A DNA stretch of 64,000 nt, taken from the IMG/VR virus record IMGVR_UViG_3300005614_000001, positions 32,001 through 96,000 of that record. One strand, 5' to 3'. The notes under the pieces are model-generated. The model did no database searches. It was not told where the DNA came from and was given only the letters and a program-made list of their open reading frames with translations. The DNA comes from a virus (Duplodnaviria; Caudoviricetes). Positions within the stretch are counted from its first letter, which is position 1. Each line of letters starts with the position of its first letter. A program made the translations under genes and the position numbers. Positions 27,701 through 37,513 of this stretch are shown in pieces.

Positions 27701-30256
27701 CAAATCTGCATTTGTATAAGAGGAGATATTATACCTGGATGTATCTTTCTTTATACTGCTGTCATACTCATGCGGGTAGGGAAGAATATCAGTGCTTTTA
27801 GTTACTGCAGTATTTAAATATACACTGCTCTCCCTCTGAAAGTTATTTATTACATTAGTACCCTCTATCTGGTTATAACCATCATTTAAATACTTCCCAA
27901 AATTTATAGCTCTTTGCTTTGTTCCTGCATTTGGAACAGGGAAATACTTATTATAAAGCCCATAGGAGTTAAAAGAGTACCCGAAATTACTATAGGGGAG
28001 GATCTTATTTAAGATATCTAAAGTTGCCTGGAAAGATGGAGCAAAATTCTCTGGGGCAAAGTTAGCACCTACTCCATAATCCCATGGAGTAGTGTAGGTT
28101 ACTGTTCCGTTTATAGTAGACGCAACACCTCCACCATAGGCTACATTATACCCATTTTTATTTAAAAATAGATAGTTTGCATTCTGGTTTACAGATACAA
28201 AGTGTCCATAACTCTCTCCGTACTCTATAGTTTCTACTTTGAGTATCCCACTATCTATCCCTGTGGGTTGATAGAAATGTGTATCCGGGGAATGAAAAGA
28301 AAACCTACTTCTACTATCATTATCTGCAAAACCATTTAATTGTTTATCAGGGCGAAAACCTCCATGATTTTGAATTAAAGTAGTGGTAAAGAAAGGATCC
28401 TCCCTTAAATCATTATATGGATAGTTGGGAAAGTAATAAGTCTGGCTATCTTCTGTGGTAACTGTTACATCTTCACTTACTGGGGTATAGGTATACTTCC
28501 CCACATTGTTAAATATTCCTTTAGCTATTACTGATTTATTAGAAGCTCTGTTCCCCCTGGCTATTTCAAATCCAGCTATCTGGTCTATTATACTTTGATC
28601 TATTCCACTTTCTTTTAAAGCAGAATAAATACTTCCAATATCAACCCTCACCCCTATAGGGAAGATAGAATGTGTGTAGTTTGGATCTTCTCCAGTGTTG
28701 TTATCATGAATGTGTGTAATAAGACTATCTGGGAATTTATGGTGCCTTATATTGGTGTTAGCTAATTCTCCCCATATAAGTGGATTATTTGGGTAGGTGT
28801 TTGTAGATTGCCAGTAGGCCATATCTCCATATTGATACTTCCCTACATAGCAATTATCTGCTACTGTTCTGTTCTTATATTCATCTGCAAAGTCTATTAA
28901 TGTTCCGGTATTATAAACTTCCCACCTCTTTTTGTCAGTTGGAGTATCACAAGGGTTTTGAAGAATAGATGCGCTATCAGGGTTATCTTCTGCTACTACC
29001 GGGAGAAGATCATAAGCATTTATAGCTCTCCCAGGTATGTGAAAACTCTTGGTTTTCATACCATTCTTAAATATAAATCTTCCCTCAAGAGCATACACTT
29101 CATCCCTCATATATCCTCTATACAAAGAGGTATTAAGACCATTATTGTACCCTTCAAAGTTATTGTAAGGGATTTTATAAGTTTCCCATTGCAGCTTTAC
29201 CTTACTCCATACTGGCTGGAAGTTTATATCTTCTGCAGAAGTAAGCCCATACCATCCAAGAACATTATCTACCTGAAATACCCCTTCTGCTGTATTATAG
29301 TAAGGAGAGGTTTCAAATATATCAGCTATTGTTAACTGTATACTACTCTTTTCAGTCCCTGTATAAGTATATTTATACTCCGTTCCCACTACCGGAAAGG
29401 TACCAACCAGGTCTACAGATGTAATATTGTTTATAGTCTTTATTACAGCTATATTGAAATAATCGTACAGGCCAGTGGTATCCAGGTCTGTAATCTTTAA
29501 ATCTATAGCTTTTGAAGTAGGGAGGTTAAAATCAGGGGTAGTTTCCTGCTGATATATACCAAGAGGGTTTGTTATATTATAATACGAAGTATATCCTTCT
29601 CCCAGGATGTTAGAGTATTGTATGGCAAACTGGTAAGTCCCCATCACTAACTCTCCTCCCACATGTACTTCTGTAGGTTCTATTACAGGGAGTGAGAAGT
29701 TTGGTTGTACCAGGAGTTTGTTACAATCTACCAACCCAACCTGCTGTAATGGTTTAAATGCATTATCCGGATTTGGAACATCCACCCACGGGAGATTATC
29801 TAAATCTAAATACCTTCTTGGATTATAATTATCAGTCCAGTATATTTGTGTAGAGCAATTAGTGGTTTTAACCACAGCCTCTCTTATTGGAGAAGAGAGA
29901 TTAAAAGAAAGGCATTTTGAAGAAATGATAGTCGTATACTGGCAATTTCCATCAAATACATACCCTATTTCACAGTCCCTTGTATCAGGATTTACTAACC
30001 AGAAGACGATCTTATTTATCTGCTGTATATTAGCAACTCCAATAACCCTCATTCCTGCAGGGAAAGTAACACATAAAGTATTTCCTCCTTCATTCTGATA
30101 AGTTATGCTATTACCATCAAAGTTCTCCACTAATCCATTCAAAGCGTAGAGGATCTGCCCCGGCTTAAGAGATAAAGGATAACTATCCGTATTCATGCCT
30201 GTAGTGGCATAATTTACGGTAATGTTTGGATTATTATTTGATTGCTGATCAGCCAT
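24773..30256 (-). CDS. Tail stabilisation/muzzle protein
   Basis: 1827 aa; GMNTD...YALN start, GYMRDEVY, IRHHKFPD, FHSPDTHF, FGGDIFINRF, WSISYS motifs; position after ring protein. Confidence 0.8.
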   Translation of the reverse strand: MADQQSNNNPNITVNYATTGMNTDSYPLSLKPGQILYALNGLVENFDGNSITYQNEGGNTLCVTFPAGMRVIGVANIQQINKIVFWLVNPDTRDCEIGYVFDGNCQYTTIISSKCLSFNLSSPIREAVVKTTNCSTQIYWTDNYNPRRYLDLDNLPWVDVPNPDNAFKPLQQVGLVDCNKLLVQPNFSLPVIEPTEVHVGGELVMGTYQFAIQYSNILGEGYTSYYNITNPLGIYQQETTPDFNLPTSKAIDLKITDLDTTGLYDYFNIAVIKTINNITSVDLVGTFPVVGTEYKYTYTGTEKSSIQLTIADIFETSPYYNTAEGVFQVDNVLGWYGLTSAEDINFQPVWSKVKLQWETYKIPYNNFEGYNNGLNTSLYRGYMRDEVYALEGRFIFKNGMKTKSFHIPGRAINAYDLLPVVAEDNPDSASILQNPCDTPTDKKRWEVYNTGTLIDFADEYKNRTVADNCYVGKYQYGDMAYWQSTNTYPNNPLIWGELANTNIRHHKFPDSLITHIHDNNTGEDPNYTHSIFPIGVRVDIGSIYSALKESGIDQSIIDQIAGFEIARGNRASNKSVIAKGIFNNVGKYTYTPVSEDVTVTTEDSQTYYFPNYPYNDLREDPFFTTTLIQNHGGFRPDKQLNGFADNDSRSRFSFHSPDTHFYQPTGIDSGILKVETIEYGESYGHFVSVNQNANYLFLNKNGYNVAYGGGVASTINGTVTYTTPWDYGVGANFAPENFAPSFQATLDILNKILPYSNFGYSFNSYGLYNKYFPVPNAGTKQRAINFGKYLNDGYNQIEGTNVINNFQRESSVYLNTAVTKSTDILPYPHEYDSSIKKDTSRYNISSYTNADLWDTYFNLFLSAKTTTVSDSSISTELLNSSYTGPQVYIFNCTNQFKVLPTIGDTYDYLDATGVKLGTLQLMDINMSPCIDPTTGVPSTTFDCGTYTFLLISGNQQDITNSLQFFSSTQAGGTSVIFEYNNFDAATRDPLNNKLKVNTSVHGTPVYITFDSLKQESYQVYIAGNIGAFITANNEVKNIYSGINTEADLEALNVSSPSTIEDFDKVVAYNAYLDSYAAYQEDNSINRIPETVRKSNISSYYGSIKRQLLNQWGQIYSYETISTGYYSPLYQSDGTPFTSIPTVFGGDIFINRFALKTKLPIFDENTVLDADQTDIEYDQIANFTYPMFWFSTRPVKIGSDIAKIIQSKVGAITTNIDANAVQVMYAGVVAMEITFDILKEILNNLGVRNLNLDNFKSKELYEQGLMYLFVYGIPYFFVESEVNVDYRQATNSKEGDFYPHVSSTIPDEWVQEAFVSIANDNTYNYNQSYSKQNKEDYFGHLREDYDPNKPCLTNFPNRAIWSDQSTLEETKNNWLVYKPAAYHDFPKAYGGLTAIDTIENREVLVRFDNKSQIYNALTVVNTSLPQQAYLGNSELFSQQPIDLSETDIGYAGSQHKFLLRTEFGHIFIDAVRGEVLLLQGSKVTDITSNGMDKWFSQFLPFNINKYFPAVDIDNHFSGVGLHGVYDMFYQRLIITKLDYIPLSDAITYDNGKFYFNPYTSLNDTPTNQLAQGNVICNQPLIEIQLTDPKYFCNKSWSISYSFKTGGWIAYHSYLPNYYVPFANYFQSGNNTATGATLWNHNQTFSVFNNFYGKQYPYILEYPLVFQGAEDQILQSVRDYCVSRKYTSLNNYYSTNDYFNKSIISNDYQCTGVLNLIPKPQNDLSAYLKYPKFNSDSKDILVTKTDNIYQYNTFWNISNGNTEAFFSDSCDLSMTNKVLNTDNLDYSTRSFRKDTIRGKNAKVRHILDNKSDVKLLSQFTLFPTQTSYK

Positions 30257-30278
30257 TTATATTTTATATCACTATAGA

Positions 30279-31217
30279 TTACCACCATTTTAAACCTCTT
30301 CCACCTTTCCATCTGCTTTGATCTCCAGGGAGAGTGTATTTATTATTTCTATTGTATGAGCGAATAATTCCATGATTCTTCTGCTCAATGGTTTGTTTCT
30401 TAAGTTCAGTTTCTGCCAGAATAAATGCTTCTCCCTGCTCCTGGTCTGCTCTCTGCAGTTTCATTTGTATCTGGTTAAATGTTTCATCGGTTACCTGGTT
30501 AGACATTTGCTCAAATATTTTGAACTTTAAAAACTTCCTGATAAAATCCTGTACCCAGTAATCTTCTGGTACCAGTTGATCTCCATTTGCATCTGTAGGG
30601 TTGGCATAATATATGAGGAGAACCTGCCCAAATGGACAGTTGAGTATCATCTTTCCATCCCGGATATCATAAGTCCTTTCTCCTGCACCATACATATTAT
30701 TTAAACAAGGTTGCCCCCCATATTCTACTGCATTTATATTTCCTGGACGAAGGAGGAATTTCCTGGTAAACCTATAAATAGAAGCACCATTTATTTTATT
30801 TATTACTTCAAATTCTTCATTGCTATTGCAACATCCATCTGGTCCTACTATTTCACATGTTGGAGAGTTAGTAAAACAAGCATTACAACTATCTGTTATA
30901 TTTGATATCCTGCAGTCTGTTTGGTAATAAATAGATGATGCATCCCTTACAGGGTTGGAGAAAGTAGTTTCACATAACCATGCCTCTCTCACTGAATTAA
31001 AATCATCCGGGAGACAGGTTGTATAATCTTCCACATCCATTACTACAGGTTCTATCTTATAAGCAGACATTCTAAATCTCCTAAGACATTGCTCTGTCCA
31101 TATAGGAAACATCATATCATCTACTGCCCCTGTATCAAAGTAACTCCTTAAAGTTTCCTTGACCTCTGCATAAAGAGGAGATGGAGAAGTGAATTTCATT
31201 TGGTAGTACCAACTCAT
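30279..31217 (-). CDS. Tail ring (tubular) protein
   Basis: Likely start MSWYYQ (ATG 31217); CLPDDF..VREAWLC; synteny upstream of muzzle. Confidence 0.65.
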   Translation of the reverse strand: MSWYYQMKFTSPSPLYAEVKETLRSYFDTGAVDDMMFPIWTEQCLRRFRMSAYKIEPVVMDVEDYTTCLPDDFNSVREAWLCETTFSNPVRDASSIYYQTDCRISNITDSCNACFTNSPTCEIVGPDGCCNSNEEFEVINKINGASIYRFTRKFLLRPGNINAVEYGGQPCLNNMYGAGERTYDIRDGKMILNCPFGQVLLIYYANPTDANGDQLVPEDYWVQDFIRKFLKFKIFEQMSNQVTDETFNQIQMKLQRADQEQGEAFILAETELKKQTIEQKNHGIIRSYNRNNKYTLPGDQSRWKGGRGLKWW

Positions 31218-31257
31218 AGTGGAGTATAAAAGTATCCTCAAATATGAGGACAGTGAA

Positions 31258-31755
31258 TTAATATTTTCTTTTCACCCATTCCTTGTAAATATCTTTATAG
31301 ATAGAGGATGGTGTTTTAAGGTAGGAGGCAAGAAGCCTGGATGGTATCCTTGCTATTTCAAATTTCCAGATGAAGGAACACTTTATCCTGGCATCTTTAT
31401 ATAACCAGGCCCAGTAGTAGTTATATCCATCTGTATGATAGTTGAGGTGATAAACTCTCACCCCTTCTTCTTTACTTCTTTTATAATCTACAGAAAGAGC
31501 AATTATCTCCTCTCCTGTAGTTTTATTTATCTTTCTTTTCTTCTTCTTATATTTATTGATAGTAATACAACCAAGTCCAAAAGGGAGTTTTATTTTATCC
31601 CCTGTATCCAAAATATGCTTTATTATCAGTTCATTATAGGTATAGAGGATCTTCTTATACTCTTCAAAAGATATTTTCACATCTTTATTACTCTTACAAA
31701 ATAGTTTGTAGTTTTCCCTGGATGCTGTTCTGAACTCTAGTTTTGGTCTGGGCAT
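31258..31755 (-). CDS. IHF/HU-like DNA-binding protein
   Basis: 165 aa, basic; GDKIKLPFGLGCITI, VDYKRSK, YHLNYHTDGY; position between ring genes typical of crAss-like phages. Confidence 0.7.
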   Translation of the reverse strand: MPRPKLEFRTASRENYKLFCKSNKDVKISFEEYKKILYTYNELIIKHILDTGDKIKLPFGLGCITINKYKKKKRKINKTTGEEIIALSVDYKRSKEEGVRVYHLNYHTDGYNYYWAWLYKDARIKCSFIWKFEIARIPSRLLASYLKTPSSIYKDIYKEWVKRKY

Positions 31756-32423
31756 TATTCTTCTTTATCATCAACCTGCCTGTTCTCTTTTGTTCTTTCA
31801 AAAGTTTCCAGAAGGGTTTTATATGTCTCCTGTACCACTCCTGATTCTAAAAACCCTGGGCATTTAAATTCCAGATCTAATGGATTAGTGGGGCATGGAG
31901 GAGGATTATCACAAGTATATAATTGAAAATCTACATCATCTTCAAATAGAGCTATAATAGACACTAACTCTATATTTGGATCAGTTATGTACAGATATTT
32001 ATCTGTGCCCACCCAAAAGTATTTGTCAACATTTTTCATCCCCAACTGTAGCATATTCACATATCTGTTAGGAGAGGTCTGTTTAAAAGATACTCTTTTA
32101 TCCACTGAGTATACCCCCTGTACTAATACTCCATATATTCCTTCTGCAAGCTTTGGAAGTGGTTCTTTTGACTTTGCCATCATACAGTCAGACTGATAAC
32201 TACAGCAAGAGGATACAGGAACTTCTTCCATTTCTATACATGAAAGAGTAGTAAAGATATTAGGAGAAGCAAGAAGTCTTCTCCTATCAGTTTGTTGCTT
32301 TATAAACTTAAGAGCAGTGGAACGAAGTTCAGCAGCAATAGCCCTGTCAGATATAAGAATATCCATGCTATTTAACTTTAGCATACTCCTTACTCTACTA
32401 CAATTATCTCTTAGTGTTGGCAT
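31755..32423 (-). CDS. Tail ring protein
   Basis: 222 aa; ISDR, CIEMEEV..S.CC, PLPK, YLYI motifs; synteny. Confidence 0.65.
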   Translation of the reverse strand: MPTLRDNCSRVRSMLKLNSMDILISDRAIAAELRSTALKFIKQQTDRRRLLASPNIFTTLSCIEMEEVPVSSCCSYQSDCMMAKSKEPLPKLAEGIYGVLVQGVYSVDKRVSFKQTSPNRYVNMLQLGMKNVDKYFWVGTDKYLYITDPNIELVSIIALFEDDVDFQLYTCDNPPPCPTNPLDLEFKCPGFLESGVVQETYKTLLETFERTKENRQVDDKEE

Positions 32424-33659
32424 TTATAAAACTTCTTTATATATATCTGTCATCCCTGCTTTTTCTTCTATCAGAAATGCAGTCATTTCTGCTTTAGTGG
32501 TGGTATATCCATTACGGCTATCCCACCATGATTTACTTTTTGACAGTGCCGGAACCTGATAGAATTTTATTCCTCCTATACTTTTACTTAATTCTACATG
32601 TTTATCTCCTGTAAAAACAAAGTAATGGTCACAACTACTCCAGTGTTCTTTAAACTCTATTGGAAAGTTCTGTGCTAATTTCTCTGGTTTCATCTCATCA
32701 CCATGATTAAACATCATAGCTGTATTAGAGAATTTTACATATTTTGTATAAGATGGAGAAATATCTATTTCTATATTCTTTTGGTCTTTATAATATACTC
32801 TTAACCAAGATGCTATGTGCCAGCCAGAGAAATTATCATGATTGCCCGGTATATAAATAACTTCTATACTATCACTGTATTTTAGTAGTTGATTTATAAC
32901 ATTTACTTCATGATAACACACAGCCTGGAAAGAAGTCTGATACCCTAATATATTCTGCTGTGGAGTACCTTTTGTAGTAGTTTCTGTCCACTCACTGTTT
33001 AATTCATCACTACCTATTATATAAATAAGCTTTTGTAAATTACTCCCGGTAGCTGCTTTCTTGAGTATCTTCTCGACTTTACCTTCTACTTCTGAAAATC
33101 TTTCTGTAATATCATTATTACCATTTATATCATATTTATTATAGTGTGCATCCTGTTTATTTATAACAAGACAACTATTTGTAGATATAGATGATAACTT
33201 CTTCTTTTCTATTACTTTATGTGGAGACTTCCAACTATCCAGAAATTCTATGAACTCTGTCTGGAAAACCTGTGTCTTTGTTATTTTGGTGAACCAGGCA
33301 CTTACTAACCAACCTTTTGCTTTTCCTTTACTCCAGTAACTACTTAATCTCCATAGTTCTGTGTCTATCTTATGATCTGCTATTACTTCCTCTGGCTGTG
33401 GAGGGTGGTCATAATAAGCCTGTATCTCTATACTTCCTTTCTCCAGGTTATGCCTTATTATAGTTCCATCTATTGTGCTATCCTCTTTATCTATTTCTTC
33501 ATCAACTTCTTCTGTTTCTTTTATTTCCCTAAGTTCTTTCTTTAATTGTTCTACTTCTGTTTCTGTCACCCCCAGTATCTGTGCATAATATCTATTGCTC
33601 TTCTTTCGCTTTAACAGAGCTTTAAGCTCCACTAGTAACCCATCATTGGAATTCTGCAT
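32424..33659 (-). CDS. Calcineurin-like metallophosphoesterase with N-terminal HTH-like segment
   Basis: DAH, GSD, PGNHD, NHGD, GDKH motifs. Confidence 0.8.
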   Translation of the reverse strand: MQNSNDGLLVELKALLKRKKSNRYYAQILGVTETEVEQLKKELREIKETEEVDEEIDKEDSTIDGTIIRHNLEKGSIEIQAYYDHPPQPEEVIADHKIDTELWRLSSYWSKGKAKGWLVSAWFTKITKTQVFQTEFIEFLDSWKSPHKVIEKKKLSSISTNSCLVINKQDAHYNKYDINGNNDITERFSEVEGKVEKILKKAATGSNLQKLIYIIGSDELNSEWTETTTKGTPQQNILGYQTSFQAVCYHEVNVINQLLKYSDSIEVIYIPGNHDNFSGWHIASWLRVYYKDQKNIEIDISPSYTKYVKFSNTAMMFNHGDEMKPEKLAQNFPIEFKEHWSSCDHYFVFTGDKHVELSKSIGGIKFYQVPALSKSKSWWDSRNGYTTTKAEMTAFLIEEKAGMTDIYKEVL

Positions 33660-33680
33660 ATTAAAGGTTTGGATATTATG

Positions 33681-33711
33681 TAAAAATAATGAATAGTTCT
33701 AATATGTCAAA
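33681..33711 (-). promoter_or_regulatory. sigmaA-like promoter variant (TTTG-N19-TAnnTTTA)
   Basis: TTTG-N19-TATTTTTA upstream of the metallophosphoesterase. Confidence 0.45.
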
Positions 33712-33772
33712 ATCTTTTATAACTAAAATGATGATAGACTGTTAGTTTTGTTAACTACTTTAATTATAATAC

Positions 33773-33802
33773 AAAAAGGGCTGCTATTACTGCAAGCCCT
33801 TT
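33773..33802 (-). terminator. Intrinsic terminator after holin
   Basis: AAAGGGCTTGCAGTAATAGCAGCCCTTTTT. Confidence 0.7.
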
Positions 33803-33824
33803 ATTATTTTATCTATTTATATAC

Positions 33825-34187
33825 CTACTGTTTAGTTGGGGTATCATCTGCACTTCCAGCACTGCCTGATAGAGTATCTGTTAGTTTATCTGCTTTCTTC
33901 ATGAACTTATAAAGGATGCTCTGCCCCATATAACCAATAGCTATATATGCTAATCCTGCCCAATCCCCTATTTGCTGTATAGTAGCTATTTTTTGGGAGA
34001 ATGGGATGAGAACAGATACCACTATAATAGATATAAGGGTTGGGATCCATTCCATTACCAGGAATGATTTGAAGTTTATCTTACCGGGAGATTGCTTATT
34101 TACATCATCCATTTTCATGAGGAGATGTAAAACAACTCCAGCAAATCCCATAAGGAATAAAAAAGACATAGAGAGTGTGGTATTCAT
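33825..34187 (-). CDS. Putative holin (3 TM helices)
   Basis: 120 aa, three hydrophobic segments, charged C-terminus. Confidence 0.6.
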   Translation of the reverse strand: MNTTLSMSFLFLMGFAGVVLHLLMKMDDVNKQSPGKINFKSFLVMEWIPTLISIIVVSVLIPFSQKIATIQQIGDWAGLAYIAIGYMGQSILYKFMKKADKLTDTLSGSAGSADDTPTKQ

Positions 34188-34243
34188 ATTAAATAATTTG
34201 TTATTTATAAATCGTTAATTAATGGTTTAAAGTGAGAATAAGA

Positions 34244-34302
34244 GGAATAAGAGGGTTGTTTAGACCCTCTGTTATTCCCTGGAGGAAAACCAATAAACCT
34301 CC
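34244..34302 (-). ncRNA. Tandem intergenic hairpins (candidate structured RNA)
   Basis: GGAGG-TTTATTGGTTTT-CCTCC followed by GGAATAAC-AGAGGGT-CTAAACA-ACCCTCT-TATTCC. Confidence 0.45.
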
Positions 34303-34313
34303 TATTAGCTTAT

Positions 34314-36059
34314 TTATCTTGAAAGGGTTATAATTAACTTATAGTTACTTGGAGAAGTACCGTAAGTAAAAGGATTAGTGGTGAGGGCGGCTGTGGTTGC
34401 CAGGGTACCAGAAAGTGTAGTACTACCAGGAACCGGGTTATTTAAACTATCCACTACTGTTACATTATAGGTAAGAGTTGTTTGGTTATTATTTTTCATA
34501 ACTAAAGTACCAGTTACTGGAGTAGATGCTGTTATAGTGTATGCACCTGTAGTAATAGATGCTCCATTTGCTATAACTGTAGCCCCACTGTCAAACCATG
34601 CTACTGTAGGAGAAAGTTGTGTAAACGATATTTCTACCGCCATATCATGACCACTTCCTGAAGTATTTTGTATAGAGGCAGATAAAGTAGCTGCTGGAAC
34701 CCCGGTAGTAGTAGAAGTTGTTGTGGTGCATGGCTGGCAATTACAAGCCATAGCACAGAACATTGCCAGTAGTGAAGGGTCTCCTAAAATAGTATTTAAT
34801 ACATTTGTAGCCTGGGTAACACTATTTATTACAGGGGTTACATCCAGTTTATGTGTACTTGAATTATAGAATTCACTCCATGATATAATATTACTTACAT
34901 CAGGGACCATATTGAGTTTATCTATTAGGTACCCAGAAACTGTATCCCCGGTAGCTGCTAATACTTTTCCATCAGGGCCTGCAGCAGTTATGGTCATCAT
35001 CCCTGCATTCAATACTCCATTATCCAGGGTGATATTGTTCCCTGCAGCTAATTTCTGTACTAATGTTCCTGGAGATGAATCTGTATTATTTAAAGCTACT
35101 AGTCTATCCTGGTTTAAAGTACCGGTAAAAGATAGCTTCTTTCCTGCACAAGGATCATCACTTGCTACTGCTGTTAAAGTAAAATTACCATCTACCTGGG
35201 TTATTGCATTTTCTGTATCTGCATTCAGGTCTGTGATGATATTTTGTATAGTGCTTTGCAGATCTGTACCTGGAGTTACACAGCCAAAAGTAATAGCTGT
35301 ATGATCGAAGGTTGGAAGAGTACAAAGAAGAGTGCGTATCTTTATTACTGTATCTGATAAGGTATCTGAAGTGCCTGGAGAAGATAGACAGCTCCCTACA
35401 TTATTAAATGTTGGAAGGGTAACTGCACTTGGAATAGATGCCTTTACCTGGCATATCTGGTCCAGGAGGGTATTTACTGCAGCCAGTAGGGTGGTAGGAT
35501 TGCTCCCTACAGATAAACACTGACTCCAGTTGGCTGTTGCCAGGTTTGTAGTGATGTCTGTATTTACTGTACAAAGATTAGAAAGTATCTTTGTAAGGGT
35601 ACCATTTAGTGTATCAGTATTTATAACTCCTACAGTGCTACAGGATGTAAGGCCGGGGTTATTTATTGCATTTATCTGGGTGTTTATACTTGCTATTGCT
35701 GCAGGGTAAACCACCCCTGTAAAATTAGTATAGGCAGTATTTAAATTACAGAACTGTGCAGATACAGCTTCAGCAAATGTCTGTGCTGAGTTTATAGTAC
35801 AATTACATAATGCTGGGATACAAGAATAGTTAAAGCTTCCCCAGTTTATAGATATTCCAGCACAAATAGCTGTATCTAATGCCTGTAGTGCTGCCTGTAA
35901 AGTAGAGCTACTTGGAACATTGGAACAAGTAAGAGCCGGGCCTGAATATACTATACAGGAAGCATCTGTAGTATTTATACAGTTTCCGGGGTATGAGGTG
36001 CAGGGAGAATAGGGGCTGAGATAATTATATACAGTTCCTGAACAAGAGGTACAAGACAT
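34314..36059 (-). CDS. Cys/Thr-rich tail structural protein
   Basis: 581 aa; repeated C..(T)L...L..I...LC helical units; Thr-rich linker; beta-rich C-terminal domain. Confidence 0.6.
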   Translation of the reverse strand: MSCTSCSGTVYNYLSPYSPCTSYPGNCINTTDASCIVYSGPALTCSNVPSSSTLQAALQALDTAICAGISINWGSFNYSCIPALCNCTINSAQTFAEAVSAQFCNLNTAYTNFTGVVYPAAIASINTQINAINNPGLTSCSTVGVINTDTLNGTLTKILSNLCTVNTDITTNLATANWSQCLSVGSNPTTLLAAVNTLLDQICQVKASIPSAVTLPTFNNVGSCLSSPGTSDTLSDTVIKIRTLLCTLPTFDHTAITFGCVTPGTDLQSTIQNIITDLNADTENAITQVDGNFTLTAVASDDPCAGKKLSFTGTLNQDRLVALNNTDSSPGTLVQKLAAGNNITLDNGVLNAGMMTITAAGPDGKVLAATGDTVSGYLIDKLNMVPDVSNIISWSEFYNSSTHKLDVTPVINSVTQATNVLNTILGDPSLLAMFCAMACNCQPCTTTTSTTTGVPAATLSASIQNTSGSGHDMAVEISFTQLSPTVAWFDSGATVIANGASITTGAYTITASTPVTGTLVMKNNNQTTLTYNVTVVDSLNNPVPGSTTLSGTLATTAALTTNPFTYGTSPSNYKLIITLSR

Positions 36060-36090
36060 TTAAATAAATTTAGTTTTTTGAGATAGTATC

Positions 36091-37230
36091 TTAAGATAAC
36101 CTTATGATCCATACACCATAAATAGTAGGCTGTCGGTTTTCGTGAGGGGTACCAGAAGGAGTATTTACTCCCATAGTAACTCCGGTATAACTTATGTCTG
36201 TTGCTACAGAGGCATTAAATGCTCCTGTATTATCAGTATTAGCCAGGTTCCCACCAGTAATAGTTTGTGGAGATTTACTAAACACTCCATGGGTGTGTCC
36301 ATTATCTGTTAATGGATGAGTGTGAGGTGCTTCTTCATTAGCTACCAGTTTATGCTTTACTTCCCCTTTCTTTGCCCCAATAGTGGTAGCATAATCAGGG
36401 TCATTATTATATACAGGATCTACTCTATTATCCAGTGCCGGGCCTGTAATCCCTATGGAAGTGGCACCTGCAAACCCATAACCTCTCATATCAGGAGTAC
36501 CGTTATTACCATTGGCAACATACCATCCACAATAACCTTTGGAAGCCAGCCCAATTCCCGTAGCATCGAAGTTACTCATATCTCCAAGGTATGGGATGGG
36601 ACACATTGGAGGGACCATTGCATTAAACTGTACAATAGTATTACCATTACTATCTACAGAAGTACTCCTACCCTTATTACCACAACTAACTACATTAGTT
36701 CCTAAGAAGTTAGATATGATGTTATTTATCTGAGTTATTATAGTTGGAGTAAGAGTTGGCCCTGCATCTACAGTTGTAGTAAGCTGCCCCACCTGAGTAG
36801 TGAGGGAACAAAGCTGGTTGATAGTGGCTTGCAGCACCCCAGGAGTAGTAATCACAGAGGGCATTGTAAGACACCCTGGATTAGTATAGGTAACGGGGGC
36901 GTTTACTGTAGCAGTTAAAGTAGCAATATTAGTTACGTTACTGCATACAGTGGAGATAATTGCATTTAGAAACTGGTTAAGGTTTGGTTCTGCCAGCCCT
37001 GCAAGCTGAGAGGTAATAGCTGTACATGAAGCTATGACTGCAGGGGTGATGGCTAGTCCATCTATTATATTTAACAGGTTATTTGCTATCTCTTGTATTA
37101 CTTCTGTTCCTGTATCATTGGTACATATACCAAGTGATGAGTATGGACTCCCTACATACTGAGTACAATCAGAAGAAGTTATAGTAGTACACTTATTAGA
37201 ATTTGGGGTAGAGTTACAGCCGGAGCCCAT
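36091..37230 (-). CDS. Tail collar/short fibre protein
   Basis: GWYVANGNNGTPDMRG...GEVKHKL...E..PHTH...HENRQP tail-collar-type motifs. Confidence 0.75.
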   Translation of the reverse strand: MGSGCNSTPNSNKCTTITSSDCTQYVGSPYSSLGICTNDTGTEVIQEIANNLLNIIDGLAITPAVIASCTAITSQLAGLAEPNLNQFLNAIISTVCSNVTNIATLTATVNAPVTYTNPGCLTMPSVITTPGVLQATINQLCSLTTQVGQLTTTVDAGPTLTPTIITQINNIISNFLGTNVVSCGNKGRSTSVDSNGNTIVQFNAMVPPMCPIPYLGDMSNFDATGIGLASKGYCGWYVANGNNGTPDMRGYGFAGATSIGITGPALDNRVDPVYNNDPDYATTIGAKKGEVKHKLVANEEAPHTHPLTDNGHTHGVFSKSPQTITGGNLANTDNTGAFNASVATDISYTGVTMGVNTPSGTPHENRQPTIYGVWIIRLS

Positions 37231-37231
37231 T

Positions 37232-37513
37232 TTAACAGATTGAGTTAGTGAGGTTTTTTATTTTAGCAATTATCTGATCTATAGATATATCACATAGACA
37301 ATAATCGCAATATAATTTTGCAGTTAATATCTCCCGGTAGATAGTAAGGTCTTCATAAGCATCAAAGTTTACATTTGTGTTAAACCCATATCTTATATTA
37401 TCCAAAAGATACCCTGCATACTGGTATATCTTATTGTCTATATCCTCCAGTATCTTTGAGTAAGGAATAGCCTGGTGATCATAGAAATCAGTAGATATGA
37501 AGAATTGAGACAT
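37232..37513 (-). CDS. Small tail (hub-like) protein
   Basis: 93 aa; synteny; TAATG coupling. Confidence 0.5.
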   Translation of the reverse strand: MSQFFISTDFYDHQAIPYSKILEDIDNKIYQYAGYLLDNIRYGFNTNVNFDAYEDLTIYREILTAKLYCDYCLCDISIDQIIAKIKNLTNSIC

